Shown here in pieces: positions 36,598 to 45,357 of a DNA stretch of 45,357 nt. How positions within the stretch are numbered: position 1 is the stretch's first letter; each line of letters begins with the position of its first letter. Source of the DNA: Phoronis australis (Eukaryota > Animalia > Phoronida); NCBI GenBank assembly GCA_002633005.1, contig NMRA01000038.1, forward strand, positions 1,073,761 to 1,119,117, given 5' to 3'. The notes beneath the pieces were generated by a model. That model was not told the origin of the DNA and did not search any database. It saw only the letters and a program-made list of their open reading frames with translations. The translations under genes were made by a program, and so were the position numbers.

Positions 36598-37648
36598 CTG
36601 CCAACAAGACAGAGGTCGTTATCACAGGTATCATCAACTGGTGTAGAGAAACGGAGGCAACACAAAACTGAACAAGAAGACCAGACTAATCATTCTTTAC
36701 TACACAGTGTTCATCTATTTGGCACACATAGACAAGGGGAATACACAGTATTCATCTATTTAGCACACACACGGACAAGGGGAATTTCATTTCGTAAAAT
36801 TTCTTAGCAAAAGCAAAACTTTATAAGTCTGTATCAGGGTTGTTTTATCATGTGTGGATATCATAAACAACATGTTCTGTCGAAATTTCTAATATTTACA
36901 ACAAGGTAATCAACCTTTGGAAAATAGCCAAAGACAATTTGGCAATATTATTTACATGCAAAATAAGTGACAAATTACTACGTGATACATTAAAAAATGC
37001 AGGACCATCAGCTGAGATGATATGGCACCACACACTTCAAACAATGAAATGAAACCAATATACTTCCATGTACTTAATCACCAGACATGATATAACTGGA
37101 GAAAATTCAGCATGTCCATCTTCATTAACCTCTGACAAGTACCGAGAATTTCCAAAAATAGACCCATGGGCAGATCTTTGGAAAACGACCTTTCAAAAAC
37201 GTCAAGTGCAACCGAATAAACACCCGACGTCTTTTCAGAAAGGGGGGTCGTATTTTCTGAAACTGTGTCACTAAAACTGTCTTTCATGCTGTGCTAACAC
37301 AGCTAGTTACCAACAAAACCACCCACTATCTCGTTAAATGAAAATCATTTGAGTGAAATCACGAACCCAAAATATAATGTATTGCCAAAATAAACAAAAT
37401 TTTATACATCAAAACATATTCAGAACAATCCATCAGATTTTCAAAACAAGCAAGCAATTGCACAAAATATGCCCATTGGCATAGTTTTGGGTGGGCTTAT
37501 TTTCGGAAATGCCTGGTGCTCATCATTATTGGGTGACTGAGATAAGATCATTTGCATGATTCCAAAGATACAACAATGCACCATTTCTCTACCCATTTGG
37601 TTCTACAATAACAACTGCTTCACTGTTAAGGTAGGTTACACGTAGTAC

Positions 37649-37733
37649 CTTCTCTCCAACTTCAGTCTGGTCACCAGACACCAGGAGGTCAAGGTCAGGC
37701 TGCAAGGCACATGCTGATAGGACCTCGTCATAT
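37649..37733 (-). CDS. ABCC9: ABCC exon (YDEVLSACALQPDLDLLVSGDQTEVGEK), copy A
   Basis: 85 nt with AG/GT boundaries; duplicated at 33202-33286. Confidence 0.9.
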
Positions 37734-38713
37734 CTGCAAATAAATAATTAAATCCATCCGGAGTTTTTAGTGACCTCTGGAAATGATACTAGTCCATTGA
37801 AGGTTATTCCACACAACCGTTGTTACACATATATAAGAATTAAAAAAAATTTAGGTAAAGAGCTCTTTTCAAAGACGCAACAGTTAACAGAGATTGAACC
37901 TAAGACTTTTCCGTTCACACCACAAAAACCAAGCTTTGAGGAGAGGAACAACTTCATCAACCTAAATTTCGCATGCGGTATTTCTGAAAGCGTTTGATTC
38001 CTTAACAAGAAGTTATGTCATTGCACATAGTCACAAACTCTAACCACATGTAAAATATTTACTATAGAGCACAAAATATTGCAAGAGAGTGTCAATTACA
38101 CAGTATTAGTGAACTACAAACAGGAGCATATCATTTGTCCAAAAGCTTACTAGTTTGAAGGTCAGGGTCAAGTTAAGGGGTCCTTAAGTTCAAGAGGCCA
38201 GTACTATGAAGGCTCACAGAGCTCTTGGAGCAGTGAATTTGTCAAACAGAATATTTTTGGAATAGGTAATTTCAGAGTAGTGAATATTCAGAATAGAGTA
38301 TCTTATTTGCAAGTAGTGGACTATTTGAGCAAATAGACTGTCAGAGTGATGGATCACCAAAGGTAGTCCCTCACAGCATTAGACTGTTGCAGGTCAGAGT
38401 AATGGATCACCAAAGGTAGTCCCTCACAGTATTAGACTGTTGCAGGTCAGAGTAATGGATCACCAGAGGTAGTCCCTCACAGTATTACACTGTTGCAGTA
38501 TAGAACCATGAAAGCAGTACATTATCGGAGTAGTGAACCGGGCGAAGAGGAGGCACAGCGGGTCCGGACCCCCTATCTGGTCTCTTTCACATTAATCATT
38601 GAAGGAATCTCAAGCACCTGCTGTTTGTTCCATGGACTAAATCCTGGATCTGCAACTTGGAACCTCATAGTAAAAATTTACGAGTGACTCCCACTTATAT
38701 AAATGACTTATAC

Positions 38714-38809
38714 CTTTGTTGATGAAAGCTTTTCCCAAACAGAATGTTTTCTCGTACAGTTGCATTCAGGATCCAAGGTGTCTGTGATGCATAGGCCACA
38801 CCAGTCTCC
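38714..38809 (-). CDS. ABCC9: ABCC exon, NBD1 Q-loop ([22 protein letters not shown])
   Basis: Canonical ABCC motif, 96 nt, phase 2 to 2. Confidence 0.95.
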
Positions 38810-39439
38810 CTGCAATATGCAACATGTTGTATTGTAACCATGATACACATTCAAGTATATATGGAAAGTAATTGGAATAGCAGGACATCTATTGGCTTGT
38901 TTGTTGACTAACTCACTGCACTAGTACATGTGTGTTACAATAATTTGTGAGTCAGTTGCTTTTGAATGACAGTGTATCCCTGAACCTGCATATTTTGTGT
39001 AACTGCTTTCAGTTTGAGACGGGATTTCGAATGTCATTCATTCCACATCGTTTGAGACATCAACAAATTTTTACGGTTCTGCTATGACTGGATTTCTACG
39101 CCTCACGTTATAAATAGTTCTTGATGTTGCTAGTGTCTTAAGGCCATGTGCATTGTAACATGTTGAAGAGGATAATTGTAATAAACCAGTAAAACTTCAC
39201 GTGTCTGTTTTGCATACAGCGCGAGCTTCTTGCAAGGCTTGGCAACAATTTCAGTAATGACAGCTGGATCAGTGAGCACCCAGTCCTTGCTGGCAAGGCT
39301 CGAAAGCCGAAGTTGTTCAGGGCACGAGGTCTAATCTATTTACATGAAACTGAACTCCTTTAATATGAAATTAAGATAATTATCTATCATTCCCTCTGGA
39401 GTTTTATTGTGGACTACGCAAAATGAGTAAGCAGTCCAA

Positions 39440-39550
39440 ATTTGCACTTGACGACCCCAAAATTCGAGCTACAAACTCCAATAAGAACTCGAGATTTCGA
39501 GATCAGACTCAAACTTGTAGCTGTTTAATGCTGGGGTCATCAAGTGCAAA
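39440..39550. repeat. ~110-bp inverted repeat (MITE-like hairpin)
   Basis: TTTGCACTTGACGACCCCA...AGCTACAA pairs with TTGTAGCT...TGGGGTCATCAAGTGCAAA. Confidence 0.7.
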
Positions 39551-39558
39551 ATAGGATT

Positions 39559-39697
39559 CCAGTCATTCACATAAACCAAATATAGTCCAGTCATTCACAT
39601 AAACCATAATATAGTCCAGTCATTCACATAAACCATAATATAGTCCAGTCATTCACATAAACCATAATGTAGCCCAGTCATTCACATGAACCATAAC
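39559..39697. repeat. 28-29-bp minisatellite (CCAGTCATTCACATAAACCATAATATAGT), about 5 copies
   Basis: CCAGTC at 39559, 39587, 39616, 39645 and 39674. Confidence 0.92.
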
Positions 39698-40139
39698 AGC
39701 CCAGCACAGAATAATGGACACATCTTCTGAGTACTAAAGTAAAGCGGAAAATGTTAGAAACAATGTCAAGTTTGATTTTGAGTAAAAAGATTAAATCACA
39801 AGACCAGACCTCAAGAGTTTTTGTATTTTAAGAAATAACATCTGGTTTTTAAGGCAGAAACCATGGCCGCCAAATTCTATGTTTGGTAAGCAAAACCCTA
39901 CAACTGCTTGGAAAATAAACCATTCTGATTACAAACTCCGTGCAGGAGTGACGGGACAACAGCTTTCACTGCATTGCTTTTAAACACACTTGGTGCATAG
40001 GCTGGAGACAGACAAGCACTAAGCACTCTTCGTTGAGCAACGCTCTGAGGTATTTGGAAAGTAAAAATTGTAAATTCAACAACAGCAACATGAAGTGCTG
40101 AAATGCACCCATGACTGTAGGTTTCTAGAGCGTTTATTA

Positions 40140-41222
40140 GTACCAATAAAATGGCTACCAGGAGGCAGAGAATAGGTCAAATCAAAACGGGAAGAGCTTG
40201 TCGCCTTTTAATGGAAACCTATTTACATTTCATGAAAATCTGCCCAAGAATAGTCAGAGCCATTCAAAAGCCATCATCATCTGTTGTCTCATTCATAGGA
40301 AAGCACTTGCCAAATGTCACAAGATCCTGCAAGGGGTTAAGGAAATATAGCTTGGGACATAAAAACAGAATTGCCACTATGGAGTGCCACAATAGTCAAA
40401 TTCGTCCGAAACTCAGTGTCAGACATCGCCTTCTTGACAGTGACAGAACTCATAGTAATCATTTGAGCAGTTTGGCAGATAGAGAGGCAGATGCCAAACA
40501 CTGTAACAAAAATGGCCACTAGGTGGCACAGAATACACCGAATCCGTCCGAAAATGAAAATACCTTGTCATCTCCTTAGTACAAATGTATTTCCCAAATT
40601 TCATGAAAACCAATAGGAACTCTGAAGATAGAGACAGGTAAACATTAAAAATTAATAAAATTGCCACTACAGAGGCACAGCTGTAGTTCGATCCTTATTT
40701 GTTGTCACAGTCAAATTTCACAAAGATCCTGTAAAGAATTAAGGAGATTCAGCCACATTTATACCCAATAGGGGGTGCCAAAGTAGCTAAGCTCGTCTCA
40801 AAATCCTTGTCAGCCTTAGTCTTCCCCACAGGAACAAATCTACCTATTTTCACGATTCTTTGAAAAAGTTTGGCGGATAATGAGGTAGACAAAAATAAAA
40901 GAAATGGCTACTGTTTCACAGAATATAGTCATCTAATCCATCTGAAAATCGAAAGGCATCATCATCTCCTTAATAAAAACTCACTTGTCAAATTTCATGA
41001 AAAATCATCTATGTACTCGGAAGACAAAATTGCCACAAGGGGGCGCAGCAGCACTCAGGTCCCCCCAAAACTCCTCGTCGTCTTTGGTCAGCTTCATAGA
41101 AAAACATCTGTCATATCTCATTACAATTCCACGAGGGGTTTCGGAGATAGAGCAGCGGATGCCCAAACAGACGATCGCAATATGCACCCACCTTTGCATA
41201 TTATGTGGGTGTATAAAAAGCC
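40140..41222 (-). mobile_element. Second, diverged member of the CTCF-motif-bearing repeat family
   Basis: The minus strand begins TTTTTATACCCACATAATAT...GCATATT...CATCCGCTGCTCTATCTCCGAAACCCC, matching 5740-5826, and carries repeated GCCACTAG-type motifs. Confidence 0.65.
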
Positions 41223-41308
41223 CGTGTGTAAAGAGCTTGTCAGCAAAGTGAGACTACTTAACAAATAATACGGGCAATTCAAGTATTCATAATTGCCAAC
41301 ACAACTAC

Positions 41309-41414
41309 CTGGAAAAGACTACACTTCCAAACTCTCTGGTCAGTTCACCTAGCATGGACAGCAGTAGAGCTGTCTTACCACAACCAACCTCTCCCACAAC
41401 CATCGTGAATGAGC
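41309..41414 (-). CDS. ABCC9: ABCC exon, NBD1 Walker A (GEVGCGKT)
   Basis: SFTMVVGEVGCGKTALLLSMLGEL, 106 nt, phase 1 to 2. Confidence 0.95.
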
Positions 41415-42207
41415 CTGTCATAAACAAATATAAAAATTAGAGAACAGCAAAACAATACGACAACAACAATGAAACAACAACACAACTTACAACATCACGG
41501 CAAACATTGCAAAAACAACAACGAAACAACCCCATCACAACCACAAAATATTAATTGGCAAGAGCCATGGATGGATGTGTTTGGACTTGCCGATTCAGGG
41601 GGAAAATATGGTAACAGTATTGCCCGAATGTAGGCGTAGGAGAATTTCACCCCCACTGAGCCCCCCCCCCCAATTCACCTTGGTTGACAGCTGTGTCTCG
41701 TTCCTCATCGCATCCATTCCACCTCCTTCCTGGTCACTGCCCACTTCACCCCGACCTTCCATTGACTTCCTTGCATTTTGCCACTCAAATTTTTCTTTTT
41801 TGACCAGATTTTCCTTAATTTTAGCCCAAGTCAGGAGAGCAAACTGTGTATTCACCACAATTCAACGGACTGATCCTGCAGACGCTAAGGCATTCGCCAA
41901 AGCAGCACAAAACAGTAACACGTCACAGACTACGCATTCTACTTTAAGACTCATTGACAAGTTAACACCTCCACATGGCGAAAATAACTTCCACAACAAC
42001 AGAAATGTGCAAGCTATACAGACACGGAGATGTTTATATTCTTTGAAGCTGTTTCATTAGGTTAGTACCTGCGCCATTTATGTCAGAGATCAGCTGAACA
42101 AAATGGCTACTGCATTCGGCATAGTGACACTATATACTTGCTCGTTTCTGGTAGTTACAGACCGAAACCGAAACAGTACATTGTTTGATTCAAAAGACAA
42201 CACCTAC

Positions 42208-42328
42208 CAGTTTTGATTTTTAAGTCAATATCTTTGAGACATACAACATCTGTGTCCGGACCCCACTTGAAGTGCCCACCTCTTATTTCAACAGCCAGGG
42301 CACGTTTACCAGTTGACGGACAACTTGG
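42208..42328 (-). CDS. ABCC9: ABCC exon, NBD1 start (AVEIRGGHFKWGPD...LKDIDLKIKTG)
   Basis: A-loop FxW and LxDI motifs, AG/GT boundaries, 121 nt, phase 0 to 1. Confidence 0.9.
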
Positions 42329-43462
42329 CTATCAGAAAAAAAAGCACACAAAATCAAATAGTCAATCCTGGACCTTATATTTCAAATTTTCAAAACTGAA
42401 AAAAGCAGTTTTAAACCTGCACTAGTCATCAAAGAAACTGACATTGGATTTATACCACTCACTGCTATAAAACTCTCAACATCTCCCTAACCAGATGAGA
42501 AATGGTCTCTCAGCCTCATCATGCTGGGTCCAAAAATAACCCATTGTGGCATCCATCTTTTTAAGCAATAACAGTGAGTTGAAGCTAAGACCAGACATTT
42601 TCTCTCTAATTTGAGTAAGGAATAAATTATTAAGACAAATGGCAATCTCATAATGATAAGGGTCTCAATTAAAAACATTTTTTGATGAACGGCAGACGTA
42701 CAGCAGCCTAAATGTTAAGGCCCCCCCTGGCTGCCGCAAGCAAATGAAACAGCAACAGCGTGAAGGGTGAAGAAAATGAGAGCTCAGTAACTAGCGGAAT
42801 CGTAACTAGAGGAATTGTGGTCCCGTTTTTTTTAGTTCACGGACAATTTTCCGAACAGAAGGTCCACATCCTCAGCCCCGGAGCCTTTCGGGCCATGGTG
42901 CATGTAGTCGAGCTTTGCCCGGTTTCCCGATGCAACGTGTTGGGCCCCCTCTTATGGTATCCTAAGTCTGCCACTGATTTCTGTTATAAAATCAATGTTA
43001 ATACAGATTTACTGCTTGAAAAACCAAACATGTACTACATCCAGTGTGTCACCAAATAAATACAATTTAACATAATCATACAAAGCGTCAAACCAAAAAT
43101 AACAATTTAACATATACAAAGCATATAAACAAAAATCGGTCAAAATTGCTCCTACTGACATCAAAACCATAATCGACTTTATATACCATTGAACTGTAAT
43201 TTTGACAAATCAATGGGCCAGTAACTAGGAAGATGAATAAGGCAGGAACTTTTTGTTTGACATTTCAATCTAGACAAATTTATGTTTTGACAGCAAAATC
43301 AAGAATTATTTGGAAGGGGTCATCTACAGTACTTATTTCACTTTACACAATCCAAAAAATTCACTGAAATATTTCTAATGCATTAAAAGAGTACTATAAT
43401 TTTAAAGAAGTGAAAATATACAAACAATAAATAAAAAATAAAAAGTACTACTTCCAACCTAC

Positions 43463-43678
43463 AGAGTTATTTGGTACTGTGTCTTCTGGTGGCTCCACCT
43501 CTGGGAGAGCGAAAAACTTTTCAAGCCGCTGCAGACTGACATGACCTTGGACAAATGTTTTGGTAATGAGCGTAAACATTACAAATGGAGTACCGAGCAT
43601 GCCCAGATAGGCAAGAGAAGTGATAGCCTTGGATGTAGTCAGCGCCTCCTCTTGGACAAAAGGGTAGAGGACAAACGA
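43463..43678 (-). CDS. ABCC9: ABCC exon, end of TMD1 (SFVLYPF...AITSLAYLGMLGTPF...VSLQRLEKFF)
   Basis: Contains the ABCC VSxxRLxxFL-type motif. Acceptor cttacAG; donor GTAGGT chosen for phase 0, so the 3' end is slightly uncertain. Confidence 0.88.
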
Positions 43679-45013
43679 CTGTAAGAGAATAGGAATCAAG
43701 GCCAAATAGTGTTCAACAAAGGTTAAAACAATCTCTTGATAAAGATGATTACAATGGCTCTACCTGTGTGGAGAATACGGCTCCAGTAATGTGGGGGTAG
43801 GTCGTGGTAGTATAGTTGGGTAACCCGGTTCTTGTTTGAATAATGGTAGATAGTTGGCTAACAAGGTAGCAAGAGCAAGTCGATGGAGAGCAGCATAAAG
43901 ACTAACACAGTCGTTGAGTTTCTACTGACACACAAAGTTCATAAACTCTAGCTACAACATATATATAGTGAATAGAAATATGTGTGGGTTGTGAGTGCAA
44001 AACAACAACAATATTGAGAGTTCCGGTGGTTTCATCCAACTCATAAACATGAATGGAGTCTGGACAGCTGTCTGGCATATAGGGTTTCACTATAAGTGGA
44101 CACTAGTCAGTGACATAGTAAACAACAACACAAGGATGTCCCGTAATTGCTATATAACATAAACTGTTTTGTTAGGATAGGAAATGATGAAACTTGCACT
44201 TAATTAACTTCATGAGAATTCATGGCAACCTGTAGTTCAACAGTCGTTTGAACATTAGGCTGAACAGAGGATATTTTGTGACAATAACCCTCTGACGAAA
44301 TAGGGTCGTGTCTGAATATTGTACTTTTTTTGTAAAAGCTTCAAAATCTTCTGTCAAAAATAGCAAAGCACAAGCAGCCTATTTTGTGGACAGCGCCATT
44401 TGTTTTTAGGTTAGTATCCACATCTGGTTTACAGTTGTAGCTATGGTAACAATAAAAAATACTGGCTTCAAAAAACCATGTCTACCAATCACATGGACAA
44501 CAGGAAACATAAATAAAACTGTTTTGAGTAGAGAGAGTACAAAAATGTCTTTAGCTCAACCCAATTTCTAATCAGTTGTGCAAGACACAATGTCTTTCAT
44601 TTGTGAACATGGACATGTTGGACAATTTTGTATAAATCGTTTGAATATCCCACGGCAAAACAGTGGGAATTTGATGGTATAATGACAGCCAACAATTCAT
44701 AAAAAATATCTGAAAAATATCTCACTACATAATTGATACAAGAATGGAGAACGCTGTCTGCCAAGAACACTGTTTCCACCAAGCGACAAGGTGTATTTGA
44801 TGACACTGCCACTATATCAGAGCTCATTTCCATACAATTGCATCTGTGTACAGATTGATTTGAACAGTAGACTCATGGCTCATGGCTGAAAGCAGTCCTG
44901 CTGGTTTGAAATGAGCACCACGCTGGGTAATCAGCATTTAGTCAGTATACTGAATTTGAGCCACTTTACAAAGGATGCGGCATGACATTTGAGCGACACT
45001 GTGAAATACTTAC

Positions 45014-45054
45014 AGTTATGAGAACAAAAACAGGTCCACACTCTGTTAAAAATG
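45014..45054 (-). CDS. ABCC9: ABCC exon (41 nt, FLTECGPVFVLIT), TMD1
   Basis: tttttttacAG acceptor and GTAAGT donor. Ends in phase 0 into the next exon. The size matches a small SUR exon as I recall it. Confidence 0.75.
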
Positions 45055-45357
45055 CTGTAAAAAAGAAGGAAGAACAGAGCAATAAGGGATATTTGGTAAA
45101 CTTTGCACCATACCTGTCTGGCTTAACACTATGTCGGCAAAAGTCCAATCCTGACTTCTCAAATATTTTTACCTTTCAAACCTTATGTTCTGTTATCCAC
45201 TCAAGTCTCAATTAATAGCCGGCGCATTTAATTCTATAAAAGCACCCGTGAATGGCCGTCCATGGACAATTTCAGTCCCCACAACGTACTAAATTATTCC
45301 AGTTAAATGCGTTAAACAAGTTTGAATGTTAATAAAATGAGCATAGCAAAAGACACA

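Larger units (their letters stand above)
30244..38497. repeat. ~3.6-3.9 kb tandem duplication across a gap (30244-~33880 versus 34616-~38497)
   Basis: Colinear copies with SNPs and indels; each contains the same three ABCC exons. Confidence 0.95.

Noticed and set aside
40151-41268. ORFs of 123 and 132 aa
   Set aside because: They lie within a degenerate non-coding repeat and show no transposase or RT motifs.
41575-42060. 161-aa ORF
   Set aside because: Antisense intronic, low complexity, with no recognisable domain.
44288-44312. CTGACGA as a hammerhead core
   Set aside because: No stem II followed by GAAA in the required arrangement.
43750-44960. Coding-looking stretches (43902-44090, 44597-44833) as extra ABCC exons or a transposase remnant
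   Set aside because: The 45014 donor joins 43678 in phase without them, and I recognise no motif.

Overview
Eukaryotic, intron-rich, AT-rich genomic DNA, most consistent with a heterozygous invertebrate draft assembly (N gaps at 9428, 20916, 24120-24303, 34281-34615). I can reconstruct three protein-coding genes by hand with GT-AG boundaries and consistent phases. (1) A two-exon UQCR10/QCR9 (+, 1262-1402 and 4453-4524). (2) The 3' two-thirds of a SUR-like ABCC transporter (ABCC8/9-like; -, 45054 down to stop at 11502; 21 distinct exons, three of them present twice). Its NBD1 Walker B reads DE instead of the DD typical of ABCCs. (3) A two-exon secreted coiled-coil + Caspr/neurexin-IV-type fibrinogen-like gene nested antisense in an ABCC intron (+, 19438-20143 and 21452-22068). 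Non-coding DNA holds two Penelope-like GIY-YIG fragments with inverted terminal copies. One of them carries a pair of intact-looking minimal hammerhead ribozymes in opposite orientations. There is also a repeat family carrying arrays of same-orientation CTCF-like motifs, many MITE/foldback elements, tRNA-derived SINE pieces, and minisatellites, one of which multiplies a splice donor. Two duplications next to gaps are probably uncollapsed haplotypes. All calls come from reading the sequence; no searches were run.
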